Shown here: positions 8,942-18,354 of the stretch, piece after piece | Layout: every line of letters starts with the position of its first letter | Numbering within the stretch: position 1 is the first letter of the stretch | From: a virus | Lineage: Duplodnaviria; Caudoviricetes | Reading direction: 5' to 3' (one strand) | IMG/VR virus record: IMGVR_UViG_3300032277_002806 | Coordinates: 1 to 36,738 of that record | Length of the DNA stretch: 36,738 nucleotides | Notes under the pieces: generated by a model | What the model was told of the DNA's origin: nothing | Database searches by the model: none | The model's input: the letters and a program-made list of their open reading frames with translations, nothing else | Made by a program: the position numbers and the translations under genes

Positions 8942-9442
8942 TCAGGCGTCGTGGACGTTGGAGCCGTCGAGGGAGATCCGGTCCGTCGCGCTGGGGTAGC
9001 TGGTGTACGAGAGCTCCCAGGCGTTCCCCTCCTTGGCCTTCGACCACGCCCCCTGGATCCGGCAGTTCGGCAGGATCAGGGTGAAGCTGTAGGCGCCGCG
9101 GGAGCCGACGACCTTCAGGTCCCCGGTCCAGACCAGCCCGCCCGGATCCTGGGTGACCTTGGCGGACTGGGCGCCGAAGTGCATGAGGATGTCGAAGGGC
9201 TTGGCCGTCGTCGGGTCGGTCATGTTGCCGTCCTGGTGGACGGTGATCGTCCCCGTGACGGGCAGGCGGTCGCCCCGGATCAGCTCCAGGAACTCGCCGT
9301 TGTTGTAGACGGGGATCGCCTCGCGCTGCCCCTCCTCCAGGCCGTCGATGGAGAAGGTGCCCGGGCCCGGGGCCAGTTCGGTCTCAGTCGCGTCGGGGTT
9401 GACCCAGGAGATCGTGACGTCGTTGCGGTTCATGACGGGCAT
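8942..9442 (-). CDS. Major tail (tube) protein
   Basis: 166-aa beta-rich protein directly before the frameshifting chaperone and followed by a hairpin. Confidence 0.7.
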   Translation of the reverse strand: MPVMNRNDVTISWVNPDATETELAPGPGTFSIDGLEEGQREAIPVYNNGEFLELIRGDRLPVTGTITVHQDGNMTDPTTAKPFDILMHFGAQSAKVTQDPGGLVWTGDLKVVGSRGAYSFTLILPNCRIQGAWSKAKEGNAWELSYTSYPSATDRISLDGSNVHDA

Positions 9443-9452
9443 GGCGTGCCTC

Positions 9453-9956
9453 TCAGGTAGTGGTCAGGGGGGTGTCGTACATGGCGACCAGCGCCACCTC
9501 GACGAAGAGCCAGAGCTCGGTGTTGGGCGCGGGGATGCGCTGGGAGAGGACCGGCCCGGCGTGCAGGCTCAGGGAGTCGTCCTGCCAGCTCCGGTCCGCC
9601 ACCAGGTGGTTCAGCGCGTGCTTGGCGGCCTTCTCGGCGGCCCGCCAGGCCGTGACCTGGGCCCGGGGGGGCACCTCGAACAGGAACCGCAGCACGATCG
9701 GCGCCTCGACGTAGAGCTGGCCCCGCTGCTCGAAGGCTTCCGAGTTCAGGGCCGTCCGGTCGTCGAAGAAGAACCGCAGGTGCTGCGCGTGGGGCGCGTC
9801 GCGCTCGGGCAGGAGGGGGTACTCGCTCTCCCGCCAGGCGTCCGCCGTCGCGCTCCAGGCGTAGCCGGTCCCGGCCGCCTCGTCGTAGACGATCGGCGTC
9901 AGGCTGGAGAGCCGGGCGCTCAGCGCCTCGGCGACTTCGTGGGCCTCGAGCGGCAT
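9453..9956 (-). CDS. Putative tail terminator/completion protein
   Basis: Size and position immediately upstream of tail tube. Confidence 0.5.
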   Translation of the reverse strand: MPLEAHEVAEALSARLSSLTPIVYDEAAGTGYAWSATADAWRESEYPLLPERDAPHAQHLRFFFDDRTALNSEAFEQRGQLYVEAPIVLRFLFEVPPRAQVTAWRAAEKAAKHALNHLVADRSWQDDSLSLHAGPVLSQRIPAPNTELWLFVEVALVAMYDTPLTTT

Positions 9957-9958
9957 GG

Positions 9959-10729
9959 CTACCGCCGCCCGTGGGAGTCGTACCAGGTGTCGCCCCGGCT
10001 GCCGAGGAAGGTCTGGGGGCGTGCGCTCCGGCGCTCAGGGTCGGGGACGCCGTCGTCGGTGCTGTCGTAGACGAAGTGGATGGCGTCCTGGGCCTCGCGG
10101 AGTTCGCCCTTCTCTCCGCCCCCGCCGGCGTAGCGCCGGTACAGCTGGGAGTAGCGCTCGTCCTGGTCGAACAGATCGCCGTAGAAGACCTTCAGGGTCC
10201 ACAGGGTGTGGAGCTCCAGCAGGTCGGAGGAGGAGATCACGAGCTCGGGGCGGTTCCCCTTGCGGATCAGCCAGCGAGTCAGCTGCACCCAGCTCTCATC
10301 CAGCCACTTCTGGAAGTCGGTCTCCCCGGTGCCCTGGAGCGCGCGAGCGATGTTCGAGTGCCGGGCGCTCAGGTCCAGGTCGGTGGCGGCCTGGGTCGGC
10401 GCCGCCCGGACCACGCCCGCGTCGTTGCGGAGGGTGCGGGTGTTGCCGTCGGGCATGACCAGCGCCCACTCGACGTGGTACCGCATGTCCAGCGGCTGCC
10501 CTGCGAGGCTGGGGGCGCCGACGGTGTACTCGGCGACGTCGCCGGTGAAGCTGACCGCGAGCGCGTTCACCAACGCCGTGGCGCCGCGCTTCAGGGTGAA
10601 GGTGCCGGAGTCGGGCTTCACCAGCGCCCCGGACCGATAGACCGGGCACGTCAGCGTCCCGCCCTGATCTCGTTGCAGGAGATCGGGGGCCTGGAAGCGG
10701 CTGGCGTACTGGGTCGCGGTCGAGGGCAT
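9959..10729 (-). CDS. Putative head-tail adaptor with N-terminal beta domain
   Basis: Position; beta-rich N-half and helical C-half typical of connectors. Confidence 0.5.
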   Translation of the reverse strand: MPSTATQYASRFQAPDLLQRDQGGTLTCPVYRSGALVKPDSGTFTLKRGATALVNALAVSFTGDVAEYTVGAPSLAGQPLDMRYHVEWALVMPDGNTRTLRNDAGVVRAAPTQAATDLDLSARHSNIARALQGTGETDFQKWLDESWVQLTRWLIRKGNRPELVISSSDLLELHTLWTLKVFYGDLFDQDERYSQLYRRYAGGGGEKGELREAQDAIHFVYDSTDDGVPDPERRSARPQTFLGSRGDTWYDSHGRR

Positions 10730-10736
10730 GGGCGGC

Positions 10737-11231
10737 TCAGACGCTCCGGCCGAAGAAGAGGACGGTGACGTTCGCGGCGTTGGAGCCGTCCTCGTTGGTG
10801 ATCGTGAAGGCGTCTGAGCCGGGGCTGTTGCCGAACCCGCTGGGGTTGTAGGCCGCGTCCCAGGCGCCGGCGCCGCCGACGTGCTTCTCGGGGCTGGTGC
10901 CGGAGAAGACCGTGGAGTTCCCGCCGCTGGACTTCGGCGCCCACTTGATCCCGCTGGCGCTGGAGTCGGCGTCGTGGACGATCGCCCAGCCGACGATCGT
11001 GCTCATGACCAGCGAGGCCCCCAGCGCGTCGGTCAGCGCGCCGTTGAGATCGATGTCCTGGGTGCCCGAGGCCGCGATCGTGTACTCGGCCTTCATGACC
11101 TCGTCGGCCTGGCCGGCGCCCGAGCCGTCGGGGATGTTCTTGGCGAACTTGACCGCGTGCTGGACGCCGCCGCTGTAGGGAGCTGCGGCGTCGAGCTGGG
11201 CGGTGATCGCGAGCTGGATGTTGGTCTTCAC
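10737..11231 (-). CDS. Virion structural protein (164 aa, beta-rich)
   Basis: GTG start with GGAG; G/S/A/T-rich; head-neck region. Confidence 0.55.
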   Translation of the reverse strand: MKTNIQLAITAQLDAAAPYSGGVQHAVKFAKNIPDGSGAGQADEVMKAEYTIAASGTQDIDLNGALTDALGASLVMSTIVGWAIVHDADSSASGIKWAPKSSGGNSTVFSGTSPEKHVGGAGAWDAAYNPSGFGNSPGSDAFTITNEDGSNAANVTVLFFGRSV

Positions 11232-11263
11232 GGGGAGGCTCCAGGGAGGCGCGTGGCCTCGGC

Positions 11264-11701
11264 TCAGTCAGGGACGACGATGTAGAGGACGTGGACGACG
11301 AGCTTCCCGGCGTCGAGATCGGAGTCCGCTCCGTCGCCGAAGTTGGCGCCGGTGGCGGTGAAGGTGGCGATGAGCTGCGCGGCGTCGGCCGAGATCCAGA
11401 CGCCCTTCTGCTCGTAGCGGCCGTTCGCCGGGCTGCCGCTCAGCACCTCGAGCGCGGTGAAGAAGGCGTTCGGGTCGCCGCTCGTCCCGACCTGGACCGT
11501 CACGCTGGTGATGTTGGTCTCGGTGTCGGCGAAGTCGGTCTCCAGGTCGAGCCAGCACGCGAGCACCACGGCGCCGGTGGGGAGGGCGCCGCCGATGTTC
11601 TCGGTCTCGCTCGTCGCAGCGGCGATCAGGTCGGCGTAGGAGATGTGGGTGCGGCGGTGCTTGATGCTGCCGCCGGCGGCGCGCTCGTAGGTCGTCGGCA
11701 T
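11264..11701 (-). CDS. Possible capsid decoration/structural protein (145 aa)
   Basis: LPTGAVVL...TVQVGTSGDPNAF...AGKLVVHVLY pattern of small beta-sandwich head proteins; near the capsid gene. Confidence 0.5.
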   Translation of the reverse strand: MPTTYERAAGGSIKHRRTHISYADLIAAATSETENIGGALPTGAVVLACWLDLETDFADTETNITSVTVQVGTSGDPNAFFTALEVLSGSPANGRYEQKGVWISADAAQLIATFTATGANFGDGADSDLDAGKLVVHVLYIVVPD

Positions 11702-11704
11702 GGG

Positions 11705-11887
11705 TCAGTCCTGTTGCTTGAGCGGAGGCGGGGGCTCGCGCCCCTCGCGCACCGCGCGGGTGTAGGTGTTGGCCGCGCGCCGGGCGGCCTTGCGCGCCTG
11801 GTCGGCGGGGATGCCGTCTCGGACCTGCTGACGGATCAGCTTGTCCATGGTCCGGCGCACGCCTCGGACTTCTCCGTCGCCGGACAT
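11705..11887 (-). CDS. Small basic hypothetical protein (60 aa)
   Basis: Tightly packed between neighbours; GC3-biased codons. Confidence 0.6.
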   Translation of the reverse strand: MSGDGEVRGVRRTMDKLIRQQVRDGIPADQARKAARRAANTYTRAVREGREPPPPLKQQD

Positions 11888-12523
11888 CTACGCCGCCTCG
11901 AAGACGGTCAGCCGGTCCCCGATCTGAGACGCCATCGGGCGGCTCATGGGAGAGTCGATGGAGGCGGCCTTGCGGGCCATGGTCTGCAGCTTGACCTGCA
12001 GCGCGCGCTTGACGTTGGGGTCGATCTTCCCGCCCAGGAAGCGCTCGAGCACCATGCGCAGGAAGTCGTGGTAGCCGGCCTCGTCGCGGTTCCAGTAGAG
12101 CTGGTCCCCGAGGAAGTAGGGCTGGTTCCAGACGTCGTGCCAGACCGGCCCGCGGTGGCCCTGGAACATCTCGTTGTAGGCGTCGACGGTCTTCCCGAAC
12201 GCCTGACACTCGGTCTCCTCGGGGATCTCGACCCAGCCCTTGCGCTTCAGGGTCGCGATGGCGTGGGTCGCGTCGCCGTCGGGGGCGCCCTTGATGTAGC
12301 GGACGCCGCTGACGCCGGGCTGGTGACGGAGCACACGGAGGGCGGGCAGGATCTGCGGGCCCGCGTCGGTCTCGAACACGTCGAAGCGATCGGCCTTGCA
12401 CAACAGGGTGAAGCGGTGCGCCGGGGCGTGGCGCGGGAGGGCGGCCTTGCCGGTCTGGCGCGCTGGGCGGCTGGACTGGATGGCCTGGCCGGCGGCGGGA
12501 GGGGCGGGGGGGCGACGGGGCAT
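11888..12523 (-). CDS. Hypothetical protein (211 aa) after capsid gene
   Basis: GAGG RBS, normal composition, operon packing. Confidence 0.7.
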   Translation of the reverse strand: MPRRPPAPPAAGQAIQSSRPARQTGKAALPRHAPAHRFTLLCKADRFDVFETDAGPQILPALRVLRHQPGVSGVRYIKGAPDGDATHAIATLKRKGWVEIPEETECQAFGKTVDAYNEMFQGHRGPVWHDVWNQPYFLGDQLYWNRDEAGYHDFLRMVLERFLGGKIDPNVKRALQVKLQTMARKAASIDSPMSRPMASQIGDRLTVFEAA

Positions 12524-12567
12524 GGCGGGGTCCTCGGTGTGTGGACCCGGAGCGAGCAGGTGAAGGC

Positions 12568-12587
12568 GCGCCCCGAGGTCGGGGTGC
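12568..12587 (-). terminator. Hairpin downstream of major capsid gene
   Basis: gcgCCCCGA-gg-TCGGGGtgc inverted repeat just after the stop at 12592. Confidence 0.4.
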
Positions 12588-12591
12588 GGGC

Positions 12592-13515
12592 CTACTGGCT
12601 GGAGACGATCGTGCGACCTCGGCCGGCCTCGATCACGGTAGTACCGACGTAGTAGTGGCCCACCACGGCGGTCTCGCCCTCGCGCTCGGTCCGGACCTCG
12701 GCGACGCGGATCACGCCGTTGAGATCGACGATGACGAACGAGCTCCGCGGGGCGGGCTTCATGGCCAGCTCCTTGTAGCCGATGGCCCCGCGGCCGAACA
12801 TGCCCCCGCCCCAGTCGGCGTTGGAGTTCAGTCCCTGCACCTGGTTGGAGGTGCAGATCTCGATGCCGTTGTAGAAGCCCTTGAAGCCCTCGCCGCGCAG
12901 CGCCTGCTGCTCAGCGCTGGCCGGGCGCCACTGGGTCAGTCCGCCGCGGCTCTCCAGGTCCGACTGCCAGTCGGTGTACTGCTTGGGCTTGAGCACGGTC
13001 AGGTAGGGCCCGGGCACCAGGGCCTGCTCCAGCGCGAACTGCGCGGCCAGGAAGGTGTCGTGCGTCATCGGCGTGCCGGTGGTGCCGACCTGGGTGAAGC
13101 CGTCGATGTCCTGGGCGATCAGGTTCGTCAGCGTCATGCCGGCGGACCGGACGATGCTCATCGCCAGGCGCATCGAGTTGACGACGCTGTAGGGGTCGAC
13201 GGCGTTCATCCAGTCGGAGAACTCGTAGGCCAGCCCGTAGCGCGCCGGGGAGACGGTGTACTCCGCCTCGGTCAGCGCGGTGTTGGCGACCGCCGCGCCC
13301 TCCGCGGTCGCGGCCATCAGGTCCGCGCCGTCGAGGCCGAACAGGTTCCCGTGGAGGGTGTTCGAGCCGATCAGGTCGTCGCCGAGCTGGATCAGGACCG
13401 GGTGGTTCCGGAGGGAGGCGCGGGAGCCCAGGGAGAGCAGGGCTTCGCGCCGGGTGACCTCGGCCACCAGCAGGTCAGCGCCGTTGCCAGAGCCTTGATA
13501 GATTTCGTCAGCCAT
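12592..13515 (-). CDS. Major capsid protein (307 aa)
   Basis: After scaffold; ATAEGAAV, GFYNGIEICTSNQV, GMFGRGAIG and VGHYYVGT segments match the HK97-fold layout. Confidence 0.85.
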   Translation of the reverse strand: MADEIYQGSGNGADLLVAEVTRREALLSLGSRASLRNHPVLIQLGDDLIGSNTLHGNLFGLDGADLMAATAEGAAVANTALTEAEYTVSPARYGLAYEFSDWMNAVDPYSVVNSMRLAMSIVRSAGMTLTNLIAQDIDGFTQVGTTGTPMTHDTFLAAQFALEQALVPGPYLTVLKPKQYTDWQSDLESRGGLTQWRPASAEQQALRGEGFKGFYNGIEICTSNQVQGLNSNADWGGGMFGRGAIGYKELAMKPAPRSSFVIVDLNGVIRVAEVRTEREGETAVVGHYYVGTTVIEAGRGRTIVSSQ

Positions 13516-13637
13516 GAGGGGGTCGCTCCGTATTCCTTTCGCGTTGTGGCTCTTACGCGATTGACGGGAGCGACCCTGAGCCTGAGGACTGTTGGACTCT
13601 TACCTGAACTGGTGAACGCCTGTCAAGTGGACAGGCG

Positions 13638-14264
13638 TCAGGTCTGGTTGGCCGAGCTCTTGATCCAGGGGACGTCCGGGGCGGACTGCTTCATGGTGCC
13701 GAAGATGGCGCCGCGGGCCTCCTGGTACTCGGCGTCGGTCATGGTGCGGACCTGCTCCGGGCTGAACTGGGCAGCGCCGGGCTGGATGGTGCGCCCCTTC
13801 TGGCCGGGGAAGCGAGTCTGGCCGCCTGGGGCGCCCTGGCCACCCTGACCGCCCTGGCCACCTTGGCCACCTTGGCCACCCTGACCGCCCTCGCCCTTCG
13901 GGATCAGCGACCGCAGCACCAGCGGGGCCTCGTCGGGCTTCTCGATCAGGCCCTTCATCCAGTCGTCGAAGGCCGGGCGCCCCTCGGCGGGCAGGCGGCC
14001 GTACTGCCACTCGAACGCCTCCTGGGCGTCCGCGTCGGTGACGCCGGCCCGGGCCATGCCCATCGCGACGGTGTGGCCCTGCTCGAGGGCGGCGCGCTCG
14101 GCCTTCATGGTCTCGATGGTCTGCGCGTGGCGCTCGGCGAGCTTCGCGCCCTTGGACGCTTCGGCGAGCTCGCCGCGCACTGTGGTCAGCTGGCCCTTGA
14201 GCTCGTCGCGCTCGCGGATGATCTCCTGGAAGCGGGCGTAGGGGACGGTATCGGGATCGGGCAT
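13638..14264 (-). CDS. Capsid scaffolding protein with GQG-repeat linker
   Basis: VPYARFQEI motif, coiled coil, (GGQ)n linker, C-terminal helix MTDAEYQEAR; between portal and capsid. Confidence 0.8.
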   Translation of the reverse strand: MPDPDTVPYARFQEIIRERDELKGQLTTVRGELAEASKGAKLAERHAQTIETMKAERAALEQGHTVAMGMARAGVTDADAQEAFEWQYGRLPAEGRPAFDDWMKGLIEKPDEAPLVLRSLIPKGEGGQGGQGGQGGQGGQGGQGAPGGQTRFPGQKGRTIQPGAAQFSPEQVRTMTDAEYQEARGAIFGTMKQSAPDVPWIKSSANQT

Positions 14265-14277
14265 GGCGGAGTCCTGG

Positions 14278-15855
14278 TCAGGCGGGGTCGGGAGGGGTGG
14301 GCAGTGCCGGCTTCGTGGGCGGCTTGGACTTGAAGCGCTCGTTCTCTTCTCGGATGCGCAGGAGGTGCGCCTCGGCCTCGCTGCGGGTCGTCCCGGGGTG
14401 CTCGGCCTGGTAGGCTTCGACGATGGACATGCGCCCCTCGGCGATGAGCTCCCGGTGGTGCTCGCGTCGGTTCTTGAGCTCCTGGGGGCTCAGCGGGATC
14501 GAGGTGTAGTCGAGGCGGTAGCCGGTCTCGGGCAGCGGGTCGGGGTAGGCGCCCGCGAGGTTCACGATCGCCGCGGACTTCTCGATGAGCTCGAGGTCGC
14601 GCGGCTGGAACTGCGGCGTGTAGACCGACTGCGCCTCGCGCTTCCCGTCGCGGGAGATGCTCAGCGCTGCGCCGCTCCACGCGTCCCCGCTGGAGCTCCG
14701 GACGATGTTGGCGGCGTCGATGCCGGCGGAGCTGACCACGGCGGTCTCGAACGCGGAGATCGCCTGCTGCAGCTCCAGGACGTTCGCGCTGGAGCCCCAC
14801 TGGCCCACCTGCGGATTCTGGACGCCGGGGTCGGCCTCGAGGTGCAGGAAGGCGGTGGGGTCGACGACGACGGCGCTGCGGGGGCCGGCCTCGGTGTCCT
14901 CGGGCTTCGTGCCCGCGACGTAGACCCCGACGCCCCAGCGCTGGGGCCAGGACGCCTGGAAGACGCAGTGCTGCCAGAACGTCCAGAGCGCCGAGATGTC
15001 CAGGCTCGCCTCGACCAGCTCCAGCCAGTCCCAGGCGTTCCAGACGCTGCCGGTGGCCTCGGCGTGGTAGAGGATCCAGGGGACGAAGGGGCGCCCGGCG
15101 CGCTCGCCGGTCGTCCAGCGCCAGGGGTAGGCGGCGCCGACCATCGGCTTCCCGATGAGCGCCTCGGTCAGATCGGCGCCCGGCTTCCCGCTCATGGTCG
15201 CCTCGAAGACGCTGTAGCTGGGCGCGTCCGCGTTGGAGATGTCGTACACCTCCCACACCCACTGCCACTTCTTGTTGACCGGGCGCCAGCGGAGCTCGCG
15301 GACGATCACGGGGCGGTCGGGGTCGTCCGCGGTCGCCTCGACGACGACGGTATCCGGCGGGGCGAAGCGGTAGGTCAGCCCCTGCTCGGGCTGCCAGTCG
15401 ACGCGCACCAGGCCCTCGCGCAGGCCCAGCACCATCGCCTGGATGCGCCGCATGCGCGGCCAGAGACCCGTGCGCCCCAGCAGCCCCGGGCCCACGGGCA
15501 CGCGACGCAGCGCCGTCCGGAGCTGCCCCTCGGCGCCCTGGACGGGGACCTGGCGCTCCTCGATGCGGTCGCACAGGAAGCCCGGGAGCTCGCCTTCGAC
15601 GGCGTGCCGGACGCGCGGGGGCGAGAAGTACAGGACCGCCAGCTCGTTGCAGATCGCCGAGAACGGGTTCTTGGCCTGGCTGACCGGACCGATCGCGCCG
15701 CGCCTCGTCTCGCCGAAGTGCTTGAGCATGGCGTTGTGCAGATCGGTGTACCACTGCCCGGTGAGCAGCCGCCGTCGCCGGCGGGTCTCCAGCCAGCGCT
15801 GCGCCTCGAACGGGTCAGGCGGCGTGGGCGGCGTCTGAAAGCTCGGCTGATGCAC
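14278..15855 (-). CDS. Portal protein (start uncertain: GTG 15855 or upstream)
   Basis: About 525 aa directly after terL; AWSGAALSI motif and helical C-terminus typical of portals. Confidence 0.8.
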   Translation of the reverse strand: MHQPSFQTPPTPPDPFEAQRWLETRRRRRLLTGQWYTDLHNAMLKHFGETRRGAIGPVSQAKNPFSAICNELAVLYFSPPRVRHAVEGELPGFLCDRIEERQVPVQGAEGQLRTALRRVPVGPGLLGRTGLWPRMRRIQAMVLGLREGLVRVDWQPEQGLTYRFAPPDTVVVEATADDPDRPVIVRELRWRPVNKKWQWVWEVYDISNADAPSYSVFEATMSGKPGADLTEALIGKPMVGAAYPWRWTTGERAGRPFVPWILYHAEATGSVWNAWDWLELVEASLDISALWTFWQHCVFQASWPQRWGVGVYVAGTKPEDTEAGPRSAVVVDPTAFLHLEADPGVQNPQVGQWGSSANVLELQQAISAFETAVVSSAGIDAANIVRSSSGDAWSGAALSISRDGKREAQSVYTPQFQPRDLELIEKSAAIVNLAGAYPDPLPETGYRLDYTSIPLSPQELKNRREHHRELIAEGRMSIVEAYQAEHPGTTRSEAEAHLLRIREENERFKSKPPTKPALPTPPDPA

Positions 15856-15918
15856 TGTCACACCAGCAAGGTACCGGCTTTTGGGGCGCACTGCAATCCT
15901 GAGCAGGTGAGTACATGA

Positions 15919-17343
15919 TCAGTAGATTCTGGCAGCGACCTCGCGCCGGGGCCGGAGCACCGCGCGGTCGAACAGGAGCTCCGTCGCGTACCTGGCAGCG
16001 TCGATCGGATCCTTGTGGTGATCGTCGGGTCTCCCCTCCCAGCGCTTCATCCCCTCGATGAGTCCCTGGCAGCGGAGGTTGACGGTGGCCTGGTTCTCCT
16101 TGAAGAGGCTGTTCATCAGGCGCACGCCGCGGGTGATCGAGCCCCGGCGCTTGTTGGGCGTGAACAGCTTCAGCCCCTCGGCGTGCAGGTGCCGGCGGGG
16201 GCGGCCGATGATCTTGGAGAAGGCCATCATCAGGTCGCTGTTGGACTTCGCGTTGCCCCAGTAGTCGCCGCCGTGGGCCCGGTCGCCCACCCAGTAGTCG
16301 ATCTCCGACCAGCCCCCGATCCACGGGTGGCGCTCGATCATGGCGAGGATGGCCCGGGCGTCGTCCTCGGTCGAGGTGCGCCCGTCGCTCCGGGCCTCGT
16401 CGAGGTACCAGACGCGCTCACCGTCGTCGGAGCAGCACACGAGCTGGGCGGCCTGGCGGCCGGCCTTGGCGCCGTGGTCGATGCCGATCGCCGTCCAGAC
16501 GAGCTCGCCCGGGCCCTCGTTCGTGACGCAGCCGTCACCGAAGGCGGTGAACCACCGGCCGGCCAGGACCGGATCCCAGTCGCCCTCGACGCGCATGCCG
16601 CGCTCGACCTCGAGGTACCCGGCGATCAGGTCCTCGATCTCCTCGGGCGTCTTCCAGGGCTTCTCCAGCAGGCCCCCGCGGACGGTGATCGCGTCCATGG
16701 TCAGCGAGGTGTGGAGCTCCGCGATCGTCCCCTCCTTGACCTTCTTTCGCAGGTACTCCAGCGGCGGGCTCTCCGGCGTCGGCGTCATGGAGATCCGCAA
16801 GGTGCCGTTGAACCGGGAGAGGCGCGGCATGACCTCGCCGTAGACGCGCTCCGGCGGGGGCTCGTCGAGGTAGGCCCCGTGGTAGCTGCCGCCGGCGATC
16901 CGCTTGGCGCCCTGCTCGTAGGTCGCGAAGATGATCACGCTGCCGGCGCCCGGGCCGGACACGAAGGGGATCCTGGGGTTCTTGAAGCCCGCGAAGCCCC
17001 CGCCGGGCTCGTAGCGCACCCGCTCGTCGATCTCGTCCTTCGGGAGCATGTCCCACAGCTTCGCGCACAACGGGTCCATCTGCGTCCAGCTCTCGCCGAT
17101 GACCAGGAGCCGGACGGGCGGGCGGTGGACGGGGCGCAGCGGGTGCGTTCCCCGGGCGGTGTGGACGATGTCGAAGCTGAGCCCGTAGGTCTTGCCGATC
17201 TGGTTGGCGCCGCGCCAGAGCGCGCGGCGCGGGAGGAGCGAGGCGAAGTCGGTCTGGGGGGTGGTGAGTCGGACGTGGGGCAGCGGGTTTCGCTGCGACC
17301 GCGTGCTGGTCTTCCGCGCCAGCGCCAGCGCCCGGCGCGCCAT
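15919..17343 (-). CDS. terL: Terminase large subunit
   Basis: Walker A GANQIGKT, Walker B AYLDEPP, coupling motif SMTP, RNase H-type nuclease IGIDHG...GDR...DPIDAARY. Confidence 0.95.
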   Translation of the reverse strand: MARRALALARKTSTRSQRNPLPHVRLTTPQTDFASLLPRRALWRGANQIGKTYGLSFDIVHTARGTHPLRPVHRPPVRLLVIGESWTQMDPLCAKLWDMLPKDEIDERVRYEPGGGFAGFKNPRIPFVSGPGAGSVIIFATYEQGAKRIAGGSYHGAYLDEPPPERVYGEVMPRLSRFNGTLRISMTPTPESPPLEYLRKKVKEGTIAELHTSLTMDAITVRGGLLEKPWKTPEEIEDLIAGYLEVERGMRVEGDWDPVLAGRWFTAFGDGCVTNEGPGELVWTAIGIDHGAKAGRQAAQLVCCSDDGERVWYLDEARSDGRTSTEDDARAILAMIERHPWIGGWSEIDYWVGDRAHGGDYWGNAKSNSDLMMAFSKIIGRPRRHLHAEGLKLFTPNKRRGSITRGVRLMNSLFKENQATVNLRCQGLIEGMKRWEGRPDDHHKDPIDAARYATELLFDRAVLRPRREVAARIY

Positions 17344-17886
17344 TCAGCCGGCCTCGACGAACCGCGCCCCGGTGCGCTCCATGTACTCCGCGACGAAGAT
17401 CTCCAGGTCGTCCAGCTCCAGCTCTCGGGCCTCTTCCCGGAGCCGGTCTGCGTACTCCTCGGCCGAGAGCTGGTCGTCCGGGTCGGCCTCCTCGGGCAGG
17501 CGCTGGAGTTCGCCGTGGATCTTCAAGACCAAGGCGCGGGCCTTCGCCGCGGCGGTGTGCGACCCGTGCTCGCTGGCCCGGGCCGCGTCGCTCAGGGCCT
17601 CGGCGCCGAGCCGCACCAGGAAGTCCCGGGGCGAGAGCCGCATGCGCTCGGCGAAGTCCTCGCCGTCCTGGTCGTCGACCGCCGCGACCCGGCCGCCGCC
17701 CTGGTGCACCTGGAGGTCGACCAGCTCCCCGGCCGACCCTTCGCGCCACCACTTCCGCAGGGTGTTGTGGCTCACCCCGATCTCACCAGCGACCTGGCGG
17801 AACCGGGGGCGGCCTTCGTTGTCGTCAGCGCTGGCCTGGAGGGCATCCAGGGCGTTGGCGCGATCGTTGGGAGAGTACTTGCCCAT
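17344..17886 (-). CDS. terS: Terminase small subunit
   Basis: N-terminal HTH (FRQVAGEIGVSHNTLRKWW), helical C-part, abuts terL. Confidence 0.75.
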   Translation of the reverse strand: MGKYSPNDRANALDALQASADDNEGRPRFRQVAGEIGVSHNTLRKWWREGSAGELVDLQVHQGGGRVAAVDDQDGEDFAERMRLSPRDFLVRLGAEALSDAARASEHGSHTAAAKARALVLKIHGELQRLPEEADPDDQLSAEEYADRLREEARELELDDLEIFVAEYMERTGARFVEAG

Positions 17887-17970
17887 AAACTGTTCAGGAG
17901 TTCAGTGTTTCCTGTTCAGCGCGCGCGCGCAAGTCGAGAACAAGACCTCCCCCCCTCGAAGTCTGGAGGA
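17887..17970. other. Candidate packaging-initiation (cos/pac) region
   Basis: Gap upstream of terS with three GTTCAG repeats, a (GC)6 run and a C7 run. Confidence 0.35.
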
Positions 17971-18354
17971 TCATGCCTCCCTCCCCGACCAACGGCCGCG
18001 CTCCAAGGCGAGGACAGCGCAGGCCTCGCCGAGGGTGGCGCCGGCGCCACCCTCATGTGAGATCCCGCCTGGCCCGCTCCCTGCGGGGACTGCGACCACC
18101 CAGCACCGCTCGGGGGGCGCGTCCGGGCGGTGCCCGCAGGTGACGCCGGCGCCATGCAACACCAGCAAGCAGCCCCCGGTCGCGTCGTCGTCGAGGGCGG
18201 GGAAGGCGCCGGGGCGGACGAGGTCGGGGTGGGAGACTGCCTCGTAGTGCAGCGTGCGTCCGGTGGGGCTCTCCAGCCAGAACGCGGACAGCATGCCGCG
18301 CTGCCAGCGCCAATGGGGCAGCGAGGTGCTCACCTGGGCGATGACGGTGTTCAT
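17971..18354 (-). CDS. Phage hypothetical protein (127 aa)
   Basis: ATGA overlap with upstream gene and GGAGG RBS; WRWQRGM...PALDDDATGGCLL. Confidence 0.7.
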   Translation of the reverse strand: MNTVIAQVSTSLPHWRWQRGMLSAFWLESPTGRTLHYEAVSHPDLVRPGAFPALDDDATGGCLLVLHGAGVTCGHRPDAPPERCWVVAVPAGSGPGGISHEGGAGATLGEACAVLALERGRWSGREA

